64,000 bases of DNA from Bdellovibrionales bacterium RIFOXYD12_FULL_39_22 (GCA_001770205.1 MEQL01000039.1:10787-74786), one strand, 5' to 3'. Positions 1-10,048 are shown, numbered from the stretch's first letter. The notes: generated by a model from the sequence alone, not told the origin. Numbers and translations are program-made.

Positions 1-375
1 GGCCTCATAAGAGCGATTCGTCTCAATCATCTCTGCCATCTCTTCCATGACATTAATGTCTGGATAAAAAACATATCCTTGTTCATTCGCGTCTGGATTA
101 TCTGGCTCATACTTTGGAATCGGAGGACGATCTGATGATATTACATCGGTGGCATATACCGCTTGCGCTGATTCCTCCATCTCTCCTTCTAAAATATCGG
201 CGAACGAATCGCGGGCCGGCTCTGCCCCATAGACAACCACCTTCTTGCGATAGGGGCCACCTTCATCCGTTCGCGTGGTTTGCGCATTGGCAATATTCGA
301 AGAGATGGCCCCCATGCGCTTGGTGTTGGCCGTTAATCCCGAGGAACTTATTTGCATACTCGTTAATAAATCCAT
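1..375 (-). CDS. flgC: Flagellar basal-body rod protein FlgC (3' end cut by window edge)
   Basis: Absent from the ORF track because it runs off the window. Manual translation from ATG (rc of 373-375) gives MDLLTSMQISSSGLTANTKRMGAISSNIANAQTTRTDEGGPYRKK...NRSYEA, a typical FlgC. GGGAG SD (381-385 rc) lies 5 nt upstream. Sits directly downstream of flgB. Confidence 0.85.
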   Translation of the reverse strand, partial: MDLLTSMQISSSGLTANTKRMGAISSNIANAQTTRTDEGGPYRKKVVVYGAEPARDSFADILEGEMEESAQAVYATDVISSDRPPIPKYEPDNPDANEQGYVFYPDINVMEEMAEMIETNRSYEA

Positions 376-390
376 CAAGCCTCCCTAAGC

Positions 391-798
391 TTATCGCTCT
401 GAAGTAATCGCGTACTTCATCAAACCTAGTTTTTTATTCAATAGCGCCACTGTGGCCTCATACATAATTCTATTTTCTGACATCCGTGCTAGTTCTTGAT
501 CCCGATCAACGTTGTTGCCATCTAATGAAACAATGCCATTGGGATCATCGTAAATCTCTGGTTGCATATTAGAAAATCCGCCATTGCCAACATCATAATG
601 ACGATCGTCTGTCGCTAACATGTTCTCCTGGCCATCAACATCCAGTGCCCTTGCTAATGCTTCTTCAAAATCTAGTCGTTTGGCCTTGTAGCCCGGGGTG
701 TCGGCATTAGCAATGTTTGAGGCAATTAATTCCTGCCGCATCTGACGGAAGTTCAGTGCCGCTGCCAACGCTTGAACTGTTTTGTCATCAACCTGCAT
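391..798 (-). CDS. flgB: Flagellar basal-body rod protein FlgB
   Basis: 135 aa. The N-terminal rod motif ...RQELIASNIANADTPGYKAKRLDFEE... and the C-terminal ...NNVDRDQELARMSENRIMYEA... are FlgB hallmarks. Followed by flgC. Confidence 0.9.
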   Translation of the reverse strand: MQVDDKTVQALAAALNFRQMRQELIASNIANADTPGYKAKRLDFEEALARALDVDGQENMLATDDRHYDVGNGGFSNMQPEIYDDPNGIVSLDGNNVDRDQELARMSENRIMYEATVALLNKKLGLMKYAITSER

Positions 799-837
799 AT
801 TACACCTCTCACTTCGAACAAATTACAAAAAATACCT

Positions 838-1773
838 CTAACGTAAATTTACAAAATAGTTACTGCCACTATTCCGATATTCATTAATTTTATTTCTTAA
901 TGTTCTAATTGAAACTCCCAAAATCTTCGCGGCCTGAGTACGATTTTCGCTGGTATGCACCAAGGCCTTCTTAATCAAAAGTTTCTCGGCATCTTTTAAA
1001 GACATCAAGCGAATGCCTTCGCCTTCCTCATCACTCGCCAAGTTAACATTTTTCTTTTCACCAATAGATAAGTCATCTTCGGTAAGAACAGTACTCTGCA
1101 TATTAACAACACTATTTTCAATAAAAGATTTTAGTTCTTCTACGTTATGTGTCCAATAGTGATTTAATATTTTATCCATTGCCTTTAAATCAATCTCCGG
1201 CTCCATTGAAAAATCTCCTGCTTCCTTCAAAAAGTGACGGGCCATCATTTCCAGATCGCCAATTCGTTCGCGTAGTGGTGGCAGTGTTATTGTATTTGCC
1301 GATACCAGCGTAAAAATCCCTCTGTAAAATCTTCCCGCACCAACTAATTTAGATAAATTCTTGGTTGTTGTGGCAAGAATACGAATATCGATATCGTAAT
1401 CTGCAAGCTCAGAAATTACTTTATACAAACGCTTTTGAAATTCTTCCTCTAGGCAGTCAAGATTGGCAAAGACCACTGTACCACCATTTGCCCGCTCCAA
1501 AACTCCTTTATTGAATTTTCCACTCTCATCTTCACGAAATCCGAGAATAGCGTTTTCAACATCCTTGGCATCTTCGGAGCAATCCACCACCTCAAATGGT
1601 TTATCCGCTCTATTAGAATTTTGATGAATAAATCGTCCCAGCGTACGCTTACCAACCCCGCTTTCTCCAACGATTAACACCGGTGCCTTCGTCACCGAAA
1701 CGTTGCGAGCAACCGAAATTGCTTTTTGAATTTTGGGATCCTGACCAAACAACTGAACATTTACAGTATCCAT
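838..1773 (-). CDS. bEBP (sigma-54 activator)-like AAA+ / Fis-type HTH regulator, no receiver domain, degenerate GAFTGA and Walker B
   Basis: Walker A GESGVGKR and the PPLRERIGD sensor region are present. C-terminal HTH is NRTQAAKILGVSIRTLRNKI. The GAFTGA position reads GKFNKG, and the Walker B position reads GGTVVFANLD instead of GGTLFLDEI. Confidence 0.7.
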   Translation of the reverse strand: MDTVNVQLFGQDPKIQKAISVARNVSVTKAPVLIVGESGVGKRTLGRFIHQNSNRADKPFEVVDCSEDAKDVENAILGFREDESGKFNKGVLERANGGTVVFANLDCLEEEFQKRLYKVISELADYDIDIRILATTTKNLSKLVGAGRFYRGIFTLVSANTITLPPLRERIGDLEMMARHFLKEAGDFSMEPEIDLKAMDKILNHYWTHNVEELKSFIENSVVNMQSTVLTEDDLSIGEKKNVNLASDEEGEGIRLMSLKDAEKLLIKKALVHTSENRTQAAKILGVSIRTLRNKINEYRNSGSNYFVNLR

Positions 1774-1811
1774 TTGACCTCCTGTCTTTTTTATCCCTTC
1801 CTGGGATGATA

Positions 1812-4643
1812 CTATATTGTACTTTCTTTTATTTTAAGTAGGGCCAACTCTGACCTTGCTAACTCCTTAATGTGTTGAGGGATTTTATCGCTTTTGATTA
1901 TTCCATCAAGCAAACTCTTCCCCTCTGTTTCTTTTTTATTTTCTATATAGGCCAAGGCCAGCAGATATTCTACTCGCCCAGCATAATCTGACTTCGGATA
2001 ATTTTTCTTAAACTCTAAAATCTTTTTTTCTGCTAACAAACTAGATTCTAAATTTTTTTCACCAGCATAAATTTCGATTTCCAAATATGATACTCTCTCT
2101 AGTACTTCTTGCATGTATATATTTCCGGTTGCATATTTTTTCGTATCGTTTACTAAGGCCCTGGCAACATTTTTATATTTATCCAACATCCCCAACTGAT
2201 ACAAGGAATCAGTATAGGCCAAAATCATCTCTGCAACCTCCATACCATCATGAACGCTCTTACCATCTTCCCCGGCAAAAAAGGTTTCTACATAGTCAAT
2301 AACTGCTCGATACTGCTTCAATTTATAGGCAATATGCCCATAATAGTAATTAATTTTATTATAGTTGGCGGCCACCTTTGATAGTGCCACAATTCCCTCT
2401 TGTGCCTGTGCCCAATTGCCCATAGTTAAATTTCGCACCAGCTTCAACTCTAGAAGCATTCTCTCTGAGTTAATAAAATTATTTTTTTCAGTCCATACTG
2501 GATAGGTTTTGGTTGGGGATTCTTTGTTGCGTTCAAATTCTGCATACGCGGCATCAAATCCATCATAAAGGCCAAGCTTTACCAATGAATGGCCAACAAT
2601 ATAATTTAAAAATGGGTCTGTTGCTACTTTTGTAACATATCTCTCTTTATACATAGTCCATACCTTTAAAACTTTGGAGTACTGGGACTGCTTGTATAAA
2701 TCCGTCATAATGCCATACACAATTTCAGCGCCATCTCCTTCAAAAACTCTTCGATCCGGTGGCGACATTGAATTAAGAGGGATGGCATTTAAATATGACA
2801 GTGCCTTGGTCCAACTCTGATCTACAATAAATGAACGTAGTCTAACCAACCAAAGCAACCGCCTATTCTCTTTTGACAGTTTTTCTTTTAATTCCTCATC
2901 AATCTCCAAGAACGCACGTATCTCTAAGTCAGAGTTATCTATTTTCTTTTTTCGTAATGTTCGTAAGGCAACATAACGCAACTTGGCCTCATAGCTTACA
3001 TTCAAATCTTGTGACCTATCAATTGTGCTTTTATAAAGATCCAAGGTCTGTCCAATATCTCGATCTAAAATTTCATACATCAGGGCAATTCGCAAACGCG
3101 CCCTGGAGGCCACCGGATCATAGGAATAATCCGCAGCAAAACTATCATACATTTTTATGGCCTCAGAATATTTGGCCAAACGATAGTACGATTCCGCCAC
3201 GTTAAAAACGATTGTTTTATCAATAGGTTTTATAAGCGCTTTTTCATTTTTCTCGTACTCCGAAACAACATCTGCAGGTTTATTTAAGCGCAGCATCGTA
3301 TATAACTTGAAGGCCAAAAGCGTCTGCGCAGGGATTAACTTTTGAATAGTCTTTTCTTCCGCAAATTCCTGTAGCGCTTCTAGCTGATTTAAATTTGACA
3401 AATTATTTAACACCGCAACTGCTGACACCTCTGATTCTTCAATATCAAAATTTTCTCGACTTACAGTATAGAGAATTTGTGCCTTTTTTAGAGACTGAAT
3501 ATATTCTTTGTTTTCATAGTAATAACTAATTAAATATTTTAATACCCCTCGCCGCATTTCATAGTTGGTAGAATGTTCCGATATATTATCCAACATACTC
3601 ACGGCCACTTTGAAAGATGCTTTGTCAAATTTTTCAAAATTAGTGCGCAAAATAGCATTGGCCTTTAAATATTCGAGCAGATCAACGTATTTATCCTCTC
3701 CATATTTTTCCTGATAAAGCTTGATTGATTTATACATCAATCCCCACTTCTTCTTTCTATATAAATTTATCGTCAATTGGACATGGGTTTCTTTCTCGCC
3801 AGTAGTTGATTCTAAATTTGCCACTGGATAGAAAAACTCTGGTGTTTTACTAGTGAGATTTATTGTTTTAACAAACTCTGGGCCATAAGCAGTATAATCC
3901 CATATAAACGGAGCTCCGTAACGAAAATCACGAAACTTAACATCCGAAACAAATTGCATTTCCGCAGAACTACTATCTAAATTATTCTGCTTAGTTTTGT
4001 CGATAATACTTTCTACTATCTCCGGTTTTTCTTCTGCTTTTTTGGCAACAATCTTCTCCTTATCTGTTTTGTCCGTTTTATCTGCTACCTTTTCATCTTT
4101 CACAATTTTTTTAAAACTTTGAGTAGTATCCTCACTATTACTCGGCCGCTCGGAGGATGCCATGTTTTCATCTATCCAAAAATCCATCACCTGTTTTTTC
4201 TGTAAATCACGATAAAAAGAAAAAAGATCGACGAACTCGTTACTTAACTTAACGGTAATAATGGATTGCTCATCCTGCCATACTACCTCGCGAATGTAAT
4301 CACCCTCTAGTTTTATCTTCTCAATATCCGCTTTAACTCCTTTATATATTGTTTCGTTTTTCACAACGATATCAACATCTGCTCCCTTCTTTATAATCTC
4401 AACATCCCCTTTTCCTACTCCTAAAGTCCAACGAAGATGCGTTTTAAATCTCTCACTTATAAAAAGTTTTCCACTATCTTCTGAAGTTGGTTGATCCGCG
4501 GCCGATAAGGATGGTGGAGTCGTTTGCAATGACGGTGGGCCGACAAGCTGTTCAGCGGTCTGCTCTTGGGCCTGGATGGTTAGAGCAAATAGTGCCGGAA
4601 AAAGCAAAGTAGACGTCAATATTTTGATAGCATTCCTGGCCAT
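1812..4643 (-). CDS. Secreted 943-aa TPR-like repeat protein with N-terminal beta-rich (AMIN-like?) module and K/E-rich linker
   Basis: Signal peptide MARNAIKILTSTLLFPALFALTIQAQE. The long helical-repeat C-terminal two-thirds is rich in Y/L/A/K TPR-like pairs. No enzymatic motif recognised. Confidence 0.5.
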   Translation of the reverse strand: MARNAIKILTSTLLFPALFALTIQAQEQTAEQLVGPPSLQTTPPSLSAADQPTSEDSGKLFISERFKTHLRWTLGVGKGDVEIIKKGADVDIVVKNETIYKGVKADIEKIKLEGDYIREVVWQDEQSIITVKLSNEFVDLFSFYRDLQKKQVMDFWIDENMASSERPSNSEDTTQSFKKIVKDEKVADKTDKTDKEKIVAKKAEEKPEIVESIIDKTKQNNLDSSSAEMQFVSDVKFRDFRYGAPFIWDYTAYGPEFVKTINLTSKTPEFFYPVANLESTTGEKETHVQLTINLYRKKKWGLMYKSIKLYQEKYGEDKYVDLLEYLKANAILRTNFEKFDKASFKVAVSMLDNISEHSTNYEMRRGVLKYLISYYYENKEYIQSLKKAQILYTVSRENFDIEESEVSAVAVLNNLSNLNQLEALQEFAEEKTIQKLIPAQTLLAFKLYTMLRLNKPADVVSEYEKNEKALIKPIDKTIVFNVAESYYRLAKYSEAIKMYDSFAADYSYDPVASRARLRIALMYEILDRDIGQTLDLYKSTIDRSQDLNVSYEAKLRYVALRTLRKKKIDNSDLEIRAFLEIDEELKEKLSKENRRLLWLVRLRSFIVDQSWTKALSYLNAIPLNSMSPPDRRVFEGDGAEIVYGIMTDLYKQSQYSKVLKVWTMYKERYVTKVATDPFLNYIVGHSLVKLGLYDGFDAAYAEFERNKESPTKTYPVWTEKNNFINSERMLLELKLVRNLTMGNWAQAQEGIVALSKVAANYNKINYYYGHIAYKLKQYRAVIDYVETFFAGEDGKSVHDGMEVAEMILAYTDSLYQLGMLDKYKNVARALVNDTKKYATGNIYMQEVLERVSYLEIEIYAGEKNLESSLLAEKKILEFKKNYPKSDYAGRVEYLLALAYIENKKETEGKSLLDGIIKSDKIPQHIKELARSELALLKIKESTI

Positions 4644-4927
4644 AAGTATGAAACATCCTGTTTCAAATTTTTATACACTGCTTCGGAAAAATCATTCTGA
4701 TAAATCCGAACTATTAAGATTATTCTACTACCTTTTGAACTATTTAAAAGGAAAAATTTTCTCATAGGCCATTTTTGCCTACTCAAAATTCTGACACATT
4801 TAGAATTCAAAAGGTTAGGCGTAATGCTAATTTTATCTAAGTAACGATAATAGCAGACCATAATTGTTTGCTTGAATATTTTAGCTTTAATATTTTTAAT
4901 ATGAATTTATGGCCACCATTCCACTTT

Positions 4928-5884
4928 TTATTCCGAAAAAATTTCAACGCTCTCTTTACCTTTGTGAACCACCGTCTCCAACGACTTTAATCCATCAAAA
5001 GAATATCCTTTGACCTCTCCCGCACTGTCTTGGATAAATAGTAGTTCCTTTTGCACATCAATTCGGCTGGCCATTATCGCATCCGTCTTTTGTACCAATG
5101 ACGGCCGTACCATTTTCCCGTTAATAACATTACCATTAATATCGGTAAGTGAAATTTCTGTATTATTGGGAATTGATGAAAGATCATTGAAGCGGGGATT
5201 TTTCACTGTTTGCTTTTCGAACAGCTCATTAACTTTTGTTATGTCACAACGAGATTGATCGAAAGTGACAACAGCCCCATCCTCTTTTTTTATAATCAAT
5301 TTTCCATCACCACTAGAGATAACCTCTCCTTCAACATCGCGGGCCCCGGCCTTCAAATCTCTCGCTCTTTTTGTCCCATTCTCGCTAATATCAACCATGT
5401 ACTCCTCGATTCGTACTTTCTTTCCTGGGGCCAATTCATTGAATGGATTGTTTATTTTTTTAAAATCTATTAATTGATGTTCAATAATAACTGAAATATT
5501 TTGCTCGTTTTTGGTCGGATCAACTTTATTGGCAATGCGAACTTTCGCAAGAGATCGCCCACTAACAGAATTTATTGCCGCATCTAGTGGAATTGATTGA
5601 TAGCCTCCTCCTTGTACTGAAATAACCATTCTTCCTTCCTTAACTCCAATAATTAGGCCCTCAAGGCCTTCTCCATTGGCCAGTTGAATTTTTACTTCTT
5701 GTCTTGGCAATCCAAATGGCAAATCTTTTGCTTCTCGCAAAAGTCCTTTGGTAAAAATTTCCTGCCCGTATTTTTCTATAATTTCATTGGCCGCAACATT
5801 GGCACCAGCTAATTCACAACCATTATCGGTTGCGGCAAAGCTATTTGCCACGGCCATTAACAATATCATTCTAATTAACCACAT
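4928..5884 (-). CDS. Secreted hypothetical protein (318 aa)
   Basis: Long ORF with N-terminal signal peptide (MWLIRMILLMAVANSFAATD). Beta-rich, with repeated G-x-V/I-I segments. No recognisable family. Confidence 0.55.
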   Translation of the reverse strand: MWLIRMILLMAVANSFAATDNGCELAGANVAANEIIEKYGQEIFTKGLLREAKDLPFGLPRQEVKIQLANGEGLEGLIIGVKEGRMVISVQGGGYQSIPLDAAINSVSGRSLAKVRIANKVDPTKNEQNISVIIEHQLIDFKKINNPFNELAPGKKVRIEEYMVDISENGTKRARDLKAGARDVEGEVISSGDGKLIIKKEDGAVVTFDQSRCDITKVNELFEKQTVKNPRFNDLSSIPNNTEISLTDINGNVINGKMVRPSLVQKTDAIMASRIDVQKELLFIQDSAGEVKGYSFDGLKSLETVVHKGKESVEIFSE

Positions 5885-5896
5885 AAAAACCTTACT

Positions 5897-6292
5897 CTAT
5901 TTTTTCCCGCAAACCTTTTGGGCCTTGGTTATTTTTTCTTTAAACTCTTTTAAAATTTGCGCGGCCTCACTCTCAGACGCCATATTAATCAAATCTATAA
6001 TTTTGCGTTTAGTATCTGTACTCAAATTATTCATGGCAACCATTATTACCAACACTCCATTTTTTCCAACTTCTTTGGTCAAGGCCGCATTATCGAGCGC
6101 TTTTTTAATTTTTGGATACTCTTCTATTCTTTTGGCAACACTTTTCATCTTGGCCATAACATTCGCAATACATTGAACATGTTGTTTTGTCGAATCCCAC
6201 ATCAATGGTGTCTGAGTTTCTGCTAGGGCATATTTCACTATGCCTATAGAAAATATGGCCATCAGCGCCAACAAAACAGTAAAGTTTTTCAT
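5897..6292 (-). CDS. Small secreted hypothetical protein
   Basis: The internal ATG (rc 6290-6292) gives MKNFTVLLALMAIFSIGIVKYALA, a signal peptide. The track ORF starts 18 nt further upstream. Helical, K/E-rich. Confidence 0.5.
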   Translation of the reverse strand: MKNFTVLLALMAIFSIGIVKYALAETQTPLMWDSTKQHVQCIANVMAKMKSVAKRIEEYPKIKKALDNAALTKEVGKNGVLVIMVAMNNLSTDTKRKIIDLINMASESEAAQILKEFKEKITKAQKVCGKK

Positions 6293-6538
6293 AAATAATC
6301 TATCGGGCAATGCAAAAAATAGTTTATAGATATCGACATAGATATTGAAAGGTATGATATTGAAGGAGATCTATAAAGCGAAGACACGTACATATTTGCC
6401 ACAAAAAGCAATGTTTGGTAGTAAACTTTTTTGCTCATATATGTGCTGGCTTCTTTCTACTATATGGACTTTTTCAGCCAGCACTTTCCCGCAATTAAAA
6501 GATATCCCCCCTATCCAATAATCGACATCTTTTACGTT

Positions 6539-7873
6539 TCACAGTGTAAAGTTAAAATCATCTACCAGTATTCCGGGTATCTTGTTTGCGTTAATGCCAC
6601 GAGAAAAATAAGTACTAACATTCGGAATAATTTCTGAAAAATCCGTCAGGTCTATCAAGTTTTTTCCCCAGCAATTGTAAAATGATTCATCAAAACGCAA
6701 ATCATTAATTGGAGCAACGATTTCTCCATTTTCTACATAAAAACATGCATAGCGAGTCATTCCGGTTATCCTGGCGGCCTGGCGATCACTAAAATTTAGG
6801 TAATGAAGATTAGATATATAAAGGCCAGTTCCGAGTTCTTTTAAAATATTTTCCCGCTTAAGTTTTCCCGGACTAATCACCACCGAACATGGAGATTCTC
6901 CACCATTCGCTCCATTGGCAATAAGATTAAACTCTTTGGCGCTTCGCCGCGATACCAGTAGATTTTTCCCCCGACCCTCTTCAATGAGCGCAAGTGTTTG
7001 TGGGGCCAGTTCTCCTTCGGCATTAAAACGAGGGCACACTCCTAATGAAAAATCCTGCTTAAGGGTAATCTTGGACGAAAAGCTTTCTTGATTTTCATAG
7101 AGGGCGCGAAATGGACATTGGCCTTCTTTAAAGGATGCCCCTGAAAAACCGCCCCACCCTAATATCCCCGTCATCTCTTCATGAGCAGAGGGAGTAAAAT
7201 AGGTGCGATATTTTCCCCGTTTTATATCTCGGGGAATAATTTCTAATTTTTTCAAAAGCGTTTTAGATTCATGCAAATTTTGCTGGAGATCATTTTTACT
7301 CCAACAGGTTCCAGCATAACTATTTTTCACCGCTTTTTGATTTTCCAAAAAAAGAGAGTAATCCACAAAAAAACTATCTGTGGCAAAAGCGTGATTGGTC
7401 CCTTTAGAGTTGATTATTGATTGAAAAATCGGGCCAGTCACCACTTGGCCAACAAAATCGGCCTGGCCTGCTGCTGAAAAAATTTCATCAAGAATAATTT
7501 CACTCGCAGGCAGTTGGCCTGTTGTTTTTTCAAAGCTGGTTCCAAAATTTTCTGCGGAGATAAAAAAAGGATCGGCCGGTAATTCTTGGGCCATCTCACG
7601 CAAGTAGTTCAACGCCAAGCTGGCCTGCGCAATATCCATTTCATAATCACCAGTAAGTAAAAATCTTTTTCTTGAATTTTTCTGCGTAGAATTATTCAAA
7701 TAAGACATCGCAAAGTTTGCTTGCCACACATGAGTGGTCTGGCGAGCGCGGGCCTTGTTAAAACGCAAAAAATCACTCTCTTCAAAATGAAGATTGATAA
7801 TCAAATCCTCATTATTTTTAAGGTTATTAAAAAGGGCGTTAGTTAAACGATCAATATAGCTTTTCATCTGCAT
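6539..7873 (-). CDS. pmbA: PmbA/TldE, TldD/PmbA-family protease partner
   Basis: TldD/PmbA-family length and C-terminal Gly-rich beta region. I start it at MQMKSYIDRL (ATG rc 7871-7873), 1 nt after the tldD stop, with GGAGGAGG SD at 7881-7889. The longer track ORF would overlap tldD by 176 nt. Confidence 0.8.
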   Translation of the reverse strand: MQMKSYIDRLTNALFNNLKNNEDLIINLHFEESDFLRFNKARARQTTHVWQANFAMSYLNNSTQKNSRKRFLLTGDYEMDIAQASLALNYLREMAQELPADPFFISAENFGTSFEKTTGQLPASEIILDEIFSAAGQADFVGQVVTGPIFQSIINSKGTNHAFATDSFFVDYSLFLENQKAVKNSYAGTCWSKNDLQQNLHESKTLLKKLEIIPRDIKRGKYRTYFTPSAHEEMTGILGWGGFSGASFKEGQCPFRALYENQESFSSKITLKQDFSLGVCPRFNAEGELAPQTLALIEEGRGKNLLVSRRSAKEFNLIANGANGGESPCSVVISPGKLKRENILKELGTGLYISNLHYLNFSDRQAARITGMTRYACFYVENGEIVAPINDLRFDESFYNCWGKNLIDLTDFSEIIPNVSTYFSRGINANKIPGILVDDFNFTL

Positions 7874-7874
7874 A

Positions 7875-9335
7875 CTATTTTCCTCCTCCAAAAACTTCCA
7901 CATTCTCCAATAAACAGGCGGGAACAACGTGGCCGACATAGATTCCTTGATTAGGCTCACCCTTGCCGCAACCAAATGTTCCAAGAGCTTCAACCGTTGA
8001 TTGATTCCCCACCATTTTAAGTGAATTCCAAAAAGGAACAGAGATACCACGATAATTGGGATTTTTTACTGTGGTAGTAATTCTTCCATCTTCAATTAAT
8101 TGGGCATACTCACAACCAAATTGAAATTTTCGTCGATAATCATCAATTGACCATGAGCGATTAGTGCGCATAATAATTCCTTTTTGCGTGGCCTTCACCA
8201 TTTCTGCCAACGAAGAGTCGCCCGCCTCCAAATTTATATTTCCCATTCGATCAATCGGAGCACGATTCCAAAGTGAACTTCTAAAGCAGGCCACACCTGG
8301 AACTTTTGCTCTGGCCTGACTCTCTGCCCCTCCGATTGCTCTGACTAAAAGGCCATCTTTAATCAGATACTCTTTAGTCGCTTCTGCTCCCCCGTCATCA
8401 AATTGAAAAGAGGCCAAAGCGTTTGGATGAGTTGGGCCATAGGTAACATTAAGTAGTTTGCTTCCATATTGTAATTTCCCAAAATCGGAAAGTTTAACAT
8501 GACTGTGGCCCGCATAATTGCGCTCATCTCCCAAAATACGATCTAGCTCCAGCGGGTGGCCAATGGACTCATGCAACTGCAACACTGTTTGATCTGGCAT
8601 AATTAGCAAATCTCTAGTGTCACTCGGACAGTTTGGGGCGGAAAGTAATTCTAGGGCCTCGCAACTTACTCGTTCTGCAATATGCAAAAACTTCTCTCGC
8701 TCCATGGACTCCAGTCCCTGTTGCTTTAATCCATCAATATGTGTTCGCGTCTGAGATTCACCTGCGCGCATGGCGGTGGCCTGAAGATCCGTCATGCCGA
8801 TAAGTATTTCAGTTTGAAAGTCAGAGCCATTGGTGGAAACAAAATGCATCTGTCTTTGCGCCAATTGACTATAAGCATGTGAGTAGATGATTTCATCAGC
8901 ACACTTTAGACGCTCGCTAGTTTGTATAAGCGTATCCAAAATCTCTTTGTAGGATAATTTATCCAAACCTTTCAAATGTGGAGAAATGTAGTGGCCGACC
9001 GCCTTTGGCCGTTGCTCCACAGTAAAATTAAAAATACGAAATGGCGCTGCCAGTTTGGCCCACTTGATGGCCGACTCTGTCGCCCGCAAAATTCCCGCCG
9101 ATGACAAATCGGCCGTCGCCGAATAAGCAATTTGGCCATCAAACATTACTTCCACCATTATTCCCGCAAGAAGCATCTCGCCGGAATAATCATATTTTCC
9201 ATTTTTGGCCACTATGGTGCGAGTATCATCACTGGTATAGCGCAGGCCAATCCACTCGCAAGAGTGGCCCACTGCAGTTTGTATTTGTTTAAGCATTGAT
9301 TTTAAATTGGGTGCTTGATGTCGATGTGACGGCAT
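7875..9335 (-). CDS. tldD: Metalloprotease TldD
   Basis: 486 aa with the HESIGHPLE (HExxxH) motif and a conserved ...GCGKGEPNQ...VGHVVPA... C-terminus. Paired with pmbA. Confidence 0.9.
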   Translation of the reverse strand: MPSHRHQAPNLKSMLKQIQTAVGHSCEWIGLRYTSDDTRTIVAKNGKYDYSGEMLLAGIMVEVMFDGQIAYSATADLSSAGILRATESAIKWAKLAAPFRIFNFTVEQRPKAVGHYISPHLKGLDKLSYKEILDTLIQTSERLKCADEIIYSHAYSQLAQRQMHFVSTNGSDFQTEILIGMTDLQATAMRAGESQTRTHIDGLKQQGLESMEREKFLHIAERVSCEALELLSAPNCPSDTRDLLIMPDQTVLQLHESIGHPLELDRILGDERNYAGHSHVKLSDFGKLQYGSKLLNVTYGPTHPNALASFQFDDGGAEATKEYLIKDGLLVRAIGGAESQARAKVPGVACFRSSLWNRAPIDRMGNINLEAGDSSLAEMVKATQKGIIMRTNRSWSIDDYRRKFQFGCEYAQLIEDGRITTTVKNPNYRGISVPFWNSLKMVGNQSTVEALGTFGCGKGEPNQGIYVGHVVPACLLENVEVFGGGK

Positions 9336-9508
9336 AAGTAGTAATCCTCCGAAAAAGTGAAGATATTACCTTACAAATTTTGCCTCAATACGCCAACCCT
9401 TTTTTGTCGGCCATTTAAAATAACGGAATCTTTTTCCTTCAATTTTCGCTTCTCACCGCGGAACAAAATGATCATATAAAACAACACCATTTTGCCGATA
9501 GTATCTTC

Positions 9509-10048
9509 ATGAATGTTCGTCTTATATCTTTGCCATCTTTACTATTTTTTTTATCTCTCTTTATTATCTTGCTTGCCCGTACGGTAGTGGCACAAACAAC
9601 ATTTGAGGTAAACGGCCTTACCGTCTCCTTAAAGCTTCCACAAAATTGGAAAGCACAGTCTAACATTATGGGATATCCACTTCTTTTATCTCCTACCGAT
9701 CAATCAACCGATAGCTTAATGTTGGGCATTACTTCCCTAAACGCTACTCCGGAAGCAGATCTAGACTCTATGTTGATTGACTATAAGCTTGAACGACTGC
9801 CTTGGTTGGCAGATGCAAAAGGGAAGTTAATAAAATTTGAAAAACCGGCCATTTTCGAACCAGGCCCAGGTGTAAGCGGCACAGTTTTTGGGATCTCATA
9901 TAAAATATCCGGACAACTTTTCTCAGAAAAATCATATTATCTAAGATGCAAAGAACACTCGTTTTCTTTAAAATATTTAATTAGCAGTGAAGAAGAAAAA
10001 TATATTCCAACTATTGAGAAAATTATTGGGAGTTTTACTTGCCTTTAA
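9509..10048 (+). CDS. Secreted hypothetical protein (179 aa)
   Basis: Signal peptide MNVRLISLPSLLFFLSLFIILLARTVVAQ. Overlaps the next ORF by 10 nt, which implies an operon. Confidence 0.55.
   Translation: MNVRLISLPSLLFFLSLFIILLARTVVAQTTFEVNGLTVSLKLPQNWKAQSNIMGYPLLLSPTDQSTDSLMLGITSLNATPEADLDSMLIDYKLERLPWLADAKGKLIKFEKPAIFEPGPGVSGTVFGISYKISGQLFSEKSYYLRCKEHSFSLKYLISSEEEKYIPTIEKIIGSFTCL

Noticed and set aside
1449-1670. 73-aa ORF on the same strand inside the bEBP-like gene, plus similar nested ORFs (e.g. 21617-21856, 32263-32682, 60035-60238)
   Set aside because: These are out-of-frame ORFs nested within longer genes of clear family identity, with no SD or recognisable motif.
4766-4780. GGCC-ATTTTT-GCC resembling a sigma-54 -24/-12 element
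   Set aside because: The GG to GC spacing is 10 rather than 12. It is on the plus strand, where no gene follows, and it lacks the TGGCAC/TTGCW context.
6443-6484. 8-bp inverted repeat GTGCTGGC...GCCAGCAC downstream of pmbA as a terminator
   Set aside because: The loop is 26 nt and there is no U-tract on either strand, so support for an intrinsic terminator is weak.
7874-8050. Long N-terminal extension of the pmbA ORF overlapping tldD
   Set aside because: The extension is translated from the tldD 3' end in another frame and has no PmbA-like sequence. The ATG at 7873 with a GGAGGAGG SD fits translational coupling.
9477-9501. Sigma-28-like motif TAAA-N13-GCCGATAG upstream of the 9509 gene
   Set aside because: The spacer is 13 nt rather than the ~15 of the consensus. 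The -10-like element ends 7 nt before the ATG and the match is single, so I cannot tell it from chance.
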